The notes below the pieces were generated by a model that saw only the letters and a program-made list of their open reading frames with translations, was not told the DNA's origin and ran no database searches. DNA of 64,000 nucleotides from Syntrophales bacterium (lineage in GTDB: Bacteria > Desulfobacterota > Syntrophia > Syntrophales > UBA2210), in NCBI GenBank assembly GCA_028718565.1, contig JAQULO010000002.1, positions 7,521 to 71,520 on the forward strand, written 5' to 3'. The translations under genes and the position numbers were made by a program. This document shows, one piece after another, positions 19,854 to 27,997 of the stretch. Within the stretch, counting starts at the first letter, position 1; each line of letters opens with the position of its first letter.

Positions 19854-20567
19854 TCATCCGAATATCTGCATCAATGGGTCATAGAAGGCTGGCGGCGGAC
19901 TTGAAAAGTCGTCGATTCGGCCGATAACTCCGGCGACTTTCACGCCAGAGGCATCTTCAACGGCCGCTCTGTTTTCGTCAATCATTTCAGCCGGGGTTTC
20001 GTTTTTTCCTGCATCGATGAAGACAACCCCGGAGGGAACAAATCCCCTGAGCTTCAGCGCCTCAATCGTAAGCAATGTGTGGTTGATCGTTCCCAGCCCG
20101 GCCCGTGCGGCTACAATGGGCTGTGCTTTTGTCAGCGATATCAGGTCGGCAACGGATCTATTCCCATCTACAGGGGCAAAGAGACCGCCCGCTCCTTCGA
20201 TAATCAGGGGGGTGTAGGTCGCGGCTTTCTCCTTCGCAATTTGTTCTATTGTCCCAAGGTCTATTGTTTTGCCTTCATCACGGGCGGCAAAGAGCGGCGC
20301 CTTGGGATTTTTGAAACAGTAGATGACCGAATCGGCGGGATTTTTGTCCCGTAGATTCTCCACACTGCGGTAAATGAAACGCGCGTCGCTCTCCATATCG
20401 TATGGATCCCTGCACCCTGTTTGCAAGGGCTTCAGGTAAAATGGATTATAACCTCTTGCAAAAAAGAAGTTCATCAACAGAAGGGAAAGCACGGTTTTTC
20501 CCACACCCGTATCTGTGCCGACGACGAATATAACGTTCTTACTCTTATTCAAGACTGCCATAAACAT
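19854..20567 (-). CDS. bioD: dethiobiotin synthase
   Basis: Contains the P-loop GTDTGVGKT and lies in a bio operon context. It overlaps the bioF stop. Confidence 0.9.
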   Translation of the reverse strand: MFMAVLNKSKNVIFVVGTDTGVGKTVLSLLLMNFFFARGYNPFYLKPLQTGCRDPYDMESDARFIYRSVENLRDKNPADSVIYCFKNPKAPLFAARDEGKTIDLGTIEQIAKEKAATYTPLIIEGAGGLFAPVDGNRSVADLISLTKAQPIVAARAGLGTINHTLLTIEALKLRGFVPSGVVFIDAGKNETPAEMIDENRAAVEDASGVKVAGVIGRIDDFSSPPPAFYDPLMQIFG

Positions 20568-21690
20568 CCTTCAGGTGTTCGATAAACAGATTGACATCTC
20601 CTTTTTCATGAAGCGCGGTGAGCCCTATCCTCAATATGGCTTGATGCCTGGGCACCGTCGGATAACGGGCTGGCATGACGAAGATCTTTTTCTCGAGAAG
20701 GAGCTGGGCCAACGTTGCCGCTTTCGCCTCTTCCCCTATTTCCAGGGCCAGGATGTGGGCATCACCGGAAACCCGGAATCCTTCGCGGATGAGGCATTCT
20801 TTCATAAATGCACTGATTGCTCCGAGCTTAATTCGCCTCTCTTCGCTTGAGGCGATCATGTCCAGCAGCAGCATGGCCGTGGCGGCATGCGCTTCAGGCA
20901 GTGCTGTTGTATACATGAGGGGCGATGCAAAGTTGAATAGGTATTCCTTGAATCCGCGGGGGAGCAGTACGAAAGCGCCAAAGAGGCCGAATGCCTTTCC
21001 AAAGGTGCCTACGGCGATATCGGCGACCGAACTGGCAATACCGCGGCCTCCGATACCCAATGCCCCGAAGGCATGCGCTTCGTCAACAATCGTCAGAAAA
21101 CTATAGCGTTCTTTCAGGTCGCTCAAACCGGACACATCCAGCAGATCTCCGTCCATGCTGAAGAGAGACTCCGTCAGGACGGCAGCCTGGTTGTCTCTGT
21201 GCGCGTCCAGCCGCTTTTCGAGATGGGTCAGGGAGTTGTGGTTGTAGCCGTAGAAATCGGCCCCGCTCATGACCATCCCCTTCACACTGCTCGCGTGTAC
21301 GTGCTTGTCAAAAATGGCCGTATCACCCTTATCGAGGAAGGTGGAAATGACAGCCATGTTGGCCTGGTAGCCGCTCGGGAAAAAAATGGCGTCATCGTAT
21401 CCGAAATACGCGGCATACGCCCTTTCCGCCTCGTTTATGACAGTGTAGTTCCCCGAAGCCAGCCTGGATGACGAGGAGGAGGTCCCATACCTCCGGAAAT
21501 TGGCGGCCGTCATGTGCCGCAACTCCGTGGAAGTACCCAGCCCGAGATAGTCGTTAGAGGCAAAGTTCAGCACCCTCTCGCCGCCGACAAGAAGGTGACT
21601 TCCCTCCCTTCCCCCAACCTCCGGCGGGTTGCGGTAGAGGCCCGCCTGATGCTGTAGCCTCAATCGGGCTGTGTATCGTTCAGCAAACAT
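20545..21690 (-). CDS. bioF: 8-amino-7-oxononanoate synthase
   Basis: An alpha-oxoamine synthase fold with the PLP lysine region TFGKAFG and SNDYLGL near the N-terminus. Confidence 0.9.
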   Translation of the reverse strand: MFAERYTARLRLQHQAGLYRNPPEVGGREGSHLLVGGERVLNFASNDYLGLGTSTELRHMTAANFRRYGTSSSSSRLASGNYTVINEAERAYAAYFGYDDAIFFPSGYQANMAVISTFLDKGDTAIFDKHVHASSVKGMVMSGADFYGYNHNSLTHLEKRLDAHRDNQAAVLTESLFSMDGDLLDVSGLSDLKERYSFLTIVDEAHAFGALGIGGRGIASSVADIAVGTFGKAFGLFGAFVLLPRGFKEYLFNFASPLMYTTALPEAHAATAMLLLDMIASSEERRIKLGAISAFMKECLIREGFRVSGDAHILALEIGEEAKAATLAQLLLEKKIFVMPARYPTVPRHQAILRIGLTALHEKGDVNLFIEHLKDVYGSLE

Positions 21691-22133
21691 AAAAATTTTT
21701 TCTCGTAATGACCACGCAAAGTTTCTCTTTCAAATTGTTGACCGTAGTCAGAGGCTGCGTAGAAAAATTCACCTTCGATAACGGGATCTGTGTTTTTCTC
21801 GGCCTTGAGCCCGCAACAAAAGGCCGACTTGCTCCGGCTCAGGAGGTTACCGGATAAAATGAATTCCCCATCTAAAGGCTTCCCCGGGGGAATGCGGCAA
21901 ATGCCTATCTTCAGGAGGAATATGTGCCTCTCAAAACCTGTCAGGTGGCGGATATGAAAGGCCCCCAACTGGGCAAGCGCCTCCAGCCCCATATAGACAG
22001 GGGTGCCGCAAAAAACCCGGATAGCCCCGATTTTCGTCGCACTTACACCCGTGATGGTGTCCAGCATGACAAAGGTGTCAAGCCCGGTATGAATCTCGAT
22101 CTCCGTCTCGGCCATTGTTCCGTTCAACCCCAT
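21660..22133 (-). CDS. hotdog-fold (FabA/FabZ-like) protein lacking the obvious catalytic His motif
   Basis: The ORF 21660..22265 was trimmed to MGLNGT (22133). The central helix EALAQLGAFHI resembles the FabZ EAxAQ helix, but no GHFP motif is present. Confidence 0.5.
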   Translation of the reverse strand: MGLNGTMAETEIEIHTGLDTFVMLDTITGVSATKIGAIRVFCGTPVYMGLEALAQLGAFHIRHLTGFERHIFLLKIGICRIPPGKPLDGEFILSGNLLSRSKSAFCCGLKAEKNTDPVIEGEFFYAASDYGQQFERETLRGHYEKKFLCLLNDTQPD

Positions 22134-22144
22134 TTCCGAGAACC

Positions 22145-23353
22145 TCAATATACGCTCTTTACAACAAGGGCGCTGTTCTGTCCGCCGAATCCGAAGTTTT
22201 CGATGACCGCCGTGCCGAACGGGGCAGACATCCCGCTCCTGACAAATTTGACCTCTCCGTGACAAGGTTCGTCAAGATTTCTGATCTCGGGGAGGTATCC
22301 GTCCCGCATGCAGGCAAGTGTTATGGCAAGCTCCAGCGCGCCGCATGCGGAAGCTGCATGGCCAATCCACGACTTCAGTGCAATTACAGAGGGTTGCGCC
22401 TTCCCATATATCTCAAAAATGATATTAGCTTCCATTTCATCATTGAGCACGGTTCCCGTACCGTGCGCGGATACGGCGTCTATCTGCGATGGAGAGACCT
22501 CAGCCTCTTTCAGCGCCGCATTCATGGCGTCCTTCGCGCTCCGCCCGCTTTTTTCGGGAGCCGTCATGTTATGCGCGTCGAGCGAGCACCCGTAGCCGCA
22601 CAGCTCTGCGTAAATTTCCGACCCCTGTTTCTTTGCCTGTTCTAACTCCTCAAGGAGGAAGAAGGCCCCTCCCTCACCCGGCACAAATCCATTCCGGCCG
22701 CAGTCGAACGGCCTGCTTGCCTTTTCAGGTTTGCCGCTACCAATGCACAGCGCCTTCGCTTTTTTGTATGCCAGGATACCGCCGGAGCTGAGCCGGGAAT
22801 CTCCTCCCCCGGCCAGGGCGCAATTCAGGTAGCCATCCTTTATCTTCCGGTAAGCCTCCCCGATGGCCTGCAGCGATGAAGAGCAGGCGGTCGACACGGT
22901 AAGGTTTTCCCCGTGGATTCCTATGAGCTGGGAGATGACGGATGCTGCCGTATTTGGCAGAAATTTCAGGATCCACAGCGCCTGGAGGTCATTACGGTCA
23001 ATGTTTCCTTTGGTGACCTCCGGAAATTCTCCGCCGATGTCAAGGTTTGGTCCCGCGCCGACAAAGAGACCGGCCCTTGCAAAACTTTCTTTTAAAGACC
23101 CTGAATTCCGCACCGCATCGATAGCGGAGGCGACGGAAAATTGCGCCCCCCGGTTCAAATAGCGGCCGTCCTTAAAGGGCCCCGTATAGGACCTGATATT
23201 GAAGTTTCTGACCGGAGCGACAACAACTTCCCCGTCAGACGCCTGCCTCTCAAAGGCGACTTTCCTTCCTTTCAGACTCATTATGATTTCATCCGGTGTG
23301 CAACCGAGAGAGGAAACAACCCCTATGGATGTAATGACGACCCTTCGTTTCAT
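22145..23353 (-). CDS. beta-ketoacyl-ACP synthase I/II-type (FabF/FabB-like)
   Basis: Has the active-site Cys in STACSSS, His residues in DAHNMTAP and SAHGTGT, and a C-terminal GFGGQNSALV. Confidence 0.9.
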   Translation of the reverse strand: MKRRVVITSIGVVSSLGCTPDEIIMSLKGRKVAFERQASDGEVVVAPVRNFNIRSYTGPFKDGRYLNRGAQFSVASAIDAVRNSGSLKESFARAGLFVGAGPNLDIGGEFPEVTKGNIDRNDLQALWILKFLPNTAASVISQLIGIHGENLTVSTACSSSLQAIGEAYRKIKDGYLNCALAGGGDSRLSSGGILAYKKAKALCIGSGKPEKASRPFDCGRNGFVPGEGGAFFLLEELEQAKKQGSEIYAELCGYGCSLDAHNMTAPEKSGRSAKDAMNAALKEAEVSPSQIDAVSAHGTGTVLNDEMEANIIFEIYGKAQPSVIALKSWIGHAASACGALELAITLACMRDGYLPEIRNLDEPCHGEVKFVRSGMSAPFGTAVIENFGFGGQNSALVVKSVY

Positions 23354-23995
23354 TCAGACTTCCCGGTAAATTTCTGCCAATTCTTTCCGGCTGATAAATG
23401 CCGGCTTTTCGGCAGGATACCCTGTTGTGATGAAGCACCTGACACTGGTCCCATCCAGAGAAAGACTCTTTTCCGGCTCATCTATGAAAATGAGCGGCGC
23501 CGTGAGGATACAGGAACCAAGACCAAGCTCTTCTCCCTTCAGGAGGTATCCCATCAGGGCAAGTCCGACGGAGATATCGAGGTCTCTGTGCCTTTCATCG
23601 CGCCTCCCGCAGTACCCCGGGTCGGGCAGGCTTTCCGTCAGACTGGGGACCTCCATCGTAGTCCCTACGGCAAAAAGCGCCGGGGCATCAAACATAAACT
23701 CTGAAAAGCGGTAAGAGACGTTGACCCGGTTCCTCAATTTTTTTGGACTGTCTGAGTCTGTGACGGTGGTAAGCAGCCTTTCCCGTCCAAGGAGCATGGC
23801 CTCGCGAAGAGCGGCTTTAGCCCCGGATGAGATGACACGGATGAAACGCACCGGTTGCCTGTTTGATGGAGATGGTGCTTTTATTGCTGCGGAGATCATC
23901 TTCAGCAGGCATTCCTCCGGCGGGGGCGTGTCGGTATATTTCCGAACGCTTCTCCTTGCGTCGATCAGCCTGTCAAGAGTCGTCATTACCTGCAT
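23354..23995 (-). CDS. nitroreductase-family FMN flavoprotein
   Basis: N-terminal RRSVRKY and APSPSNRQP motifs. It abuts the KAS start with zero gap and overlaps the ACP stop. Confidence 0.8.
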   Translation of the reverse strand: MQVMTTLDRLIDARRSVRKYTDTPPPEECLLKMISAAIKAPSPSNRQPVRFIRVISSGAKAALREAMLLGRERLLTTVTDSDSPKKLRNRVNVSYRFSEFMFDAPALFAVGTTMEVPSLTESLPDPGYCGRRDERHRDLDISVGLALMGYLLKGEELGLGSCILTAPLIFIDEPEKSLSLDGTSVRCFITTGYPAEKPAFISRKELAEIYREV

Positions 23996-24368
23996 GCCGC
24001 GCCCTTTCCAGCTGATACGTTACATAGTCCACCAGGTCCCTTATCTTGAGCTGGGGGCCTTCCACGGTCCGGGCAGCAATCTCCTTGATCCTGTCTTTTG
24101 TAAGGAAAGGGTACTTCTCCGCAATATACGGAACGGTGTCCGCCATCTGCTGCTCTGCCTCCGACATGTAATGTCTGAAGCACCCGAGAAAAATATCATC
24201 GTCTTTTACCGGAATCTTGAATCGATTGTTTATAGCGACCGCCAGTTCTAACAGATCAATCGATTCCGCGCCCAGATCCTTGATCAGGTACGTATCCGGA
24301 GTTATATCGCTGTCCTCCAGGTCAAGGAGTTCCGCAAGTATTTTCTCTATTTCCGCAAATATATTCAT
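23973..24368 (-). CDS. acyl carrier protein with about 50-aa C-terminal extension
   Basis: Has the phosphopantetheine-site context DLGAESIDLLELA. It is 131 aa, versus about 80 aa for canonical ACP. Confidence 0.8.
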   Translation of the reverse strand: MNIFAEIEKILAELLDLEDSDITPDTYLIKDLGAESIDLLELAVAINNRFKIPVKDDDIFLGCFRHYMSEAEQQMADTVPYIAEKYPFLTKDRIKEIAARTVEGPQLKIRDLVDYVTYQLERARHAGNDDS

Positions 24369-24426
24369 GTAGTCCTTGCCTTTGCTGCTGTCAGAACACC
24401 TTTAAAAATCAAATCTTTTGCGCCTT

Positions 24427-25221
24427 TCATTTTCCGGATGTGAGTCCGCCGTCCATGGTCACCACCGTGCCGTTGATGCCGTCTCCCCCATCGGAGAGGA
24501 GAAAAAGTATCGTATGCGCTATCTGTTCGCGGGTTATCGCTCTATTGGTCGGAACCTTATCAAGCACCGCCTTGCCTTTCCTCCTGATATACGCGGCGCC
24601 TCTCCCCGCGTTGACATAGCCGGGTCGAAGGATTGCCACAGTGATACCTCGTCCAGCCATTTCCAGCCCCATATTGAGGTACAGCGCCTCTGAGGCACGT
24701 TTCGCCGCCGCATAGAATCCCTGTCCCGGATTGGGCCTCTCTGCCGCGGTTGAGGAAATATAGATGAGTCTTCCCTTTCTTTTTTTTAGCATTGCCCGCC
24801 CGGCTCGCTTCAATATCCATGCCCGGAAGGAAACATTCTCCGTAAAGTAACGACAGGTCATATCCTCATCAGCCGACGCAACGAGGCTCTCATAATCGTC
24901 ATTAACAAAATCTATCAAGACGTCTAAATCTTCAGCGATATCAGTGAAGAGGGTATCAAGCGTTTCCCGTTCTCCGAAGTTCAGATAATGGCTCTCGAAT
25001 CTCCCGGCGAATGGCAGCATGGATTCAGATATCGCCTGAAGTCCCCTGTCGCTCCTGTAGGTAAGAATAGGATAGAGGGAAGCTTCGATCATGGATTGCG
25101 CCAGGGTCAGGGCGAGTTCGCAGCTCCCTCCCAGGATCAGGGCGCGTTTACCCGTAAATGTTCCTTTCAAATTTTCATGACTCCCGTTACCAGTTTTTTG
25201 TCCCCGCGACTTATAGAGCAC
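24427..25221 (-). CDS. short-chain dehydrogenase/reductase (FabG-like ketoreductase)
   Basis: SDR fold with the S...YaaaK catalytic region (SSTAAERPNPGQGFYAAAKRA). It has an atypical Gly motif, LILGGSCELA. The start is uncertain. Confidence 0.8.
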   Translation of the reverse strand: MLYKSRGQKTGNGSHENLKGTFTGKRALILGGSCELALTLAQSMIEASLYPILTYRSDRGLQAISESMLPFAGRFESHYLNFGERETLDTLFTDIAEDLDVLIDFVNDDYESLVASADEDMTCRYFTENVSFRAWILKRAGRAMLKKRKGRLIYISSTAAERPNPGQGFYAAAKRASEALYLNMGLEMAGRGITVAILRPGYVNAGRGAAYIRRKGKAVLDKVPTNRAITREQIAHTILFLLSDGGDGINGTVVTMDGGLTSGK

Positions 25222-25529
25222 AGGATACGGTTTTCCCCGAATTCCATCCTGAACGGATAACGGCCTGGCTTGAGAAATTCCCGGAATCTGACATTCTCTA
25301 TCGAGAGAACATCTCCCTTGATCTCGGCCTCCCTGACGGCCGTAAGAAATGCGTGGACAATCAGACTTCCCGGGACGACCGGGTATCCCGGAAAATGTTC
25401 CCGGTAGATGCCGTCTCCGGGATCAAAGTGAAACACCCCTTCCAGGACATCTTCAGTGTTCACAGCGTTCTCAGAGGCGACCATAGTCTGCGGCCTCCGT
25501 GATGACCCGGATCGACTCATATGTCGCAT
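25167..25529 (-). CDS. short FabZ-like 3-hydroxyacyl-ACP dehydratase
   Basis: Contains EHFPGYPVVPGSLIVHAF (compare the FabZ GHFPxxPVMPGVL motif). The likely start is MVASEN at 25484, and it overlaps the bioA stop. Confidence 0.75.
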   Translation of the reverse strand: MRHMSRSGSSRRPQTMVASENAVNTEDVLEGVFHFDPGDGIYREHFPGYPVVPGSLIVHAFLTAVREAEIKGDVLSIENVRFREFLKPGRYPFRMEFGENRILCSISRGDKKLVTGVMKI

Positions 25530-26859
25530 CGCAGATTTGATCCATTTCCTGTAGGGAGATGGCGAGCGGAGGCATCAGTACAACGACATCACCCAGAGGC
25601 CGGATAATGACCCCTCGCTTTCGCGCCTCCGTGATGACCCGGTGACCAGTCCGTTTTTCCGGAGTGAAGGGTTCTTTTGTTTCCCGGTTTGCGACAAGCT
25701 CTATCCCGACCATGAACCCGCATTGGCGGACGTCACCGACATGCGCAAGAGACGTGAAGGGCTCCAACTTTTTCGTGAAATGGGCGATTTTTGCCTGGAG
25801 ATTTTCTATGGTGCGTTCCTTCTCAAAGACCTCCAGGTTGGCGATGGCGACCGCGCAGGCCAGCGCGTTTCCCGTATAGGTGTGCCCATGAAAGAACGTC
25901 TTGAATTCTTCGTACTCTCCCAGAAAACCTTCGTAGATTTTCTCGCTTGCAAGCGTGGCGGCAAGCGGCAGATATCCTCCCGTGATCCCTTTGGCGACAG
26001 CCATGATATCCGGTGAGACACCCTCGTGCTGACAGGCAAACATCTTTCCGGTTCTTCCGAATCCGACGGCGACTTCATCGGCGATCATAAAGACACCAAA
26101 GCGTGTGCAGAGCTCACGCACTCTTTTTAGATACCCTGGCGGCTGGACGAGTATTCCCCCGGCTCCCTGAACTATGGGTTCGACGATCAGGGCGGCAGCC
26201 TCGTGGTGATGTTTTGCCATGGCATCCTCCATATCGCTCAGACATTCCATGCCACAGGAAGGATATGACTTTTCAAAAGCGCAACGATAGCAGTAGGGAG
26301 AGGTTACCTTAATGGTTTTGAACAAAAGTTCTTTGTACATGGAGTGAAAGAGGTCGATGCCGCCAACACTTACGGAACCTATTGTATCCCCATGATAGGC
26401 ATTGGACAGGTGAATGAATTTTTGCTTGTTCGGATCTCCTCCCGGTGCTTGCCGGTGGTACTGAAAGGCTATCTTCAAAGCTATTTCAACTGCCGTGGAG
26501 CCGCTGTCGGAATAGAAAACCCTGGTCAAACCTTCCGGAGCTATTTCAATAAGGCTTTTTGCCAGCCTGATTGCGGGAACACCGGAAAGTCCCAGCAATG
26601 TGGAGTGAGCTAACTTCCCTACCTGGTCTACAAGGGCGCGATCCAGGGCCTCTTTTCTGTGTCCGTGGATGTTGGTCCATAGCGAGGAAACAGCGTCGAT
26701 ATACCGATTCCCATCGACATCTATCAGAATGCATCCTTCTCCCTGCTCAATTATCGGTGGCTTTTCATCTACATAGCCGCGCATTTGGGTAAAAGGATGC
26801 CAAAGGTACTTCCCGTCAACTTCCGCCAGGTCTTTATACTCTTGTCCGCATTCCGTCAT
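25471..26859 (-). CDS. bioA: adenosylmethionine-8-amino-7-oxononanoate aminotransferase
   Basis: A class III aminotransferase with LWHPFTQM and DEVAVGFGRTGK motifs, in a bio context. Confidence 0.92.
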   Translation of the reverse strand: MTECGQEYKDLAEVDGKYLWHPFTQMRGYVDEKPPIIEQGEGCILIDVDGNRYIDAVSSLWTNIHGHRKEALDRALVDQVGKLAHSTLLGLSGVPAIRLAKSLIEIAPEGLTRVFYSDSGSTAVEIALKIAFQYHRQAPGGDPNKQKFIHLSNAYHGDTIGSVSVGGIDLFHSMYKELLFKTIKVTSPYCYRCAFEKSYPSCGMECLSDMEDAMAKHHHEAAALIVEPIVQGAGGILVQPPGYLKRVRELCTRFGVFMIADEVAVGFGRTGKMFACQHEGVSPDIMAVAKGITGGYLPLAATLASEKIYEGFLGEYEEFKTFFHGHTYTGNALACAVAIANLEVFEKERTIENLQAKIAHFTKKLEPFTSLAHVGDVRQCGFMVGIELVANRETKEPFTPEKRTGHRVITEARKRGVIIRPLGDVVVLMPPLAISLQEMDQICDATYESIRVITEAADYGRL

Positions 26860-26874
26860 TTTTCGCTATTCCTT

Positions 26875-27858
26875 TTACTTGTTGAGCGGGGAAACGTCAC
26901 CGGAGATTATCCTCCTGAGCATCCCCTCCTGATCCCTCATGATCAAAAATCCATCTTCATTGATGTCCTGAAAAATGCCCGTATAGGTGGTATCGATGAC
27001 ATCGACGCTGATTTTTGTTCCGATCATTTTTGTGAGTTGTTTCCATCGTTTCATGATCGGGTCGAACCCGTGCGTTTTGAAGGTCTTGTTATATTCTTCC
27101 AGAAGCTCCAGGCAGGTTCGCAGGATGACCGCTCTGGAAAAAAATCTTCCCGTTTCAATGAACAGAGAGGTGGCCTTGTCCCTGATGTCGGACGGAAGAC
27201 TTTCCCGGGTAGTGTTCACATTTATACCCACACCGATAACAACGTGATAGACCCTGTCCATTTCGGCTTTCATTTCAGTGAGAATTCCGGCCACCTTCCT
27301 TCCCCCGATCAGGACGTCGTTCGGCCATTTGATGGATGCATTTACAGGCGCGCAGGCAAGAATAGCCTCCGCTACTGCGACGGAGGCCATCAGCGTCAGT
27401 TTTGGGGCCTCGTTGGGGGAAATCTGCGGACGTAAAATGAAGGAGGCGCAGATTCCTTCCCCGGTCGGAGAAAACCACGATCTCCCCCTTCTACCTCTTC
27501 CCCGTGTCTGCCATTCTGCTACAACGACAGTGCCTTCAGGCGCCCCTTCATTTGCTAAATGTTCAGCCTGAAGATTAGTGGAATCCGTATCGCTAAAATG
27601 GAAAATGCGGCTCTTTCCGAAGACGCTGGTCTTCAGACCCTCTTTGACCTCGTTTTCGAGGAGACAGTCGGGGCTCCCCCGCAAGACATATCCTTTTTTC
27701 CGAGATGATTCTATTATGTAGCCATCTTTTTTCAGCGCGCCAATGTGCTTCCAGATGGCCGTCCGGGAAATCGTCAGCCTCCGCCCCAGGAACTCACCGG
27801 AGAGCCAGGTCCCTTTTTCTTCTTTCAGGCATGCTAGGAGTATTTCTTTTGTAGACAT
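26875..27858 (-). CDS. birA: bifunctional biotin-[acetyl-CoA-carboxylase] ligase / bio operon repressor
   Basis: Has an N-terminal wHTH (ISRTAIWKHIGALKKDGYIIES) and a GRGRRGRSW biotin-binding loop. The start was set to the ATG at 27858 (the ORF track uses the TTG at 27894, inside the operator). Confidence 0.92.
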   Translation of the reverse strand: MSTKEILLACLKEEKGTWLSGEFLGRRLTISRTAIWKHIGALKKDGYIIESSRKKGYVLRGSPDCLLENEVKEGLKTSVFGKSRIFHFSDTDSTNLQAEHLANEGAPEGTVVVAEWQTRGRGRRGRSWFSPTGEGICASFILRPQISPNEAPKLTLMASVAVAEAILACAPVNASIKWPNDVLIGGRKVAGILTEMKAEMDRVYHVVIGVGINVNTTRESLPSDIRDKATSLFIETGRFFSRAVILRTCLELLEEYNKTFKTHGFDPIMKRWKQLTKMIGTKISVDVIDTTYTGIFQDINEDGFLIMRDQEGMLRRIISGDVSPLNK

Positions 27859-27880
27859 GGAATGGCTGATACCATCTACC

Positions 27881-27919
27881 TTGACATATGTCAACTAGAA
27901 CTTTAATTATGGTTGACAT
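27881..27919. promoter_or_regulatory. candidate BirA operator in the birA/bioB divergent promoter region
   Basis: ATGTCAAC (27888..27895), a 16-nt spacer, then GTTGACAT (27912..27919) form a perfect inverted repeat. An extra abutting half-site TTGACAT lies at 27881..27887. The layout resembles the 40-bp bioO type of site. Confidence 0.65.
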
Positions 27920-27997
27920 ACATATCCTTCTCTGTTATGCAGCCCCGGTGGTTGCCGGGTATTTGATATGAATAATCGCCGGCAAAGGAGGAGAAAT

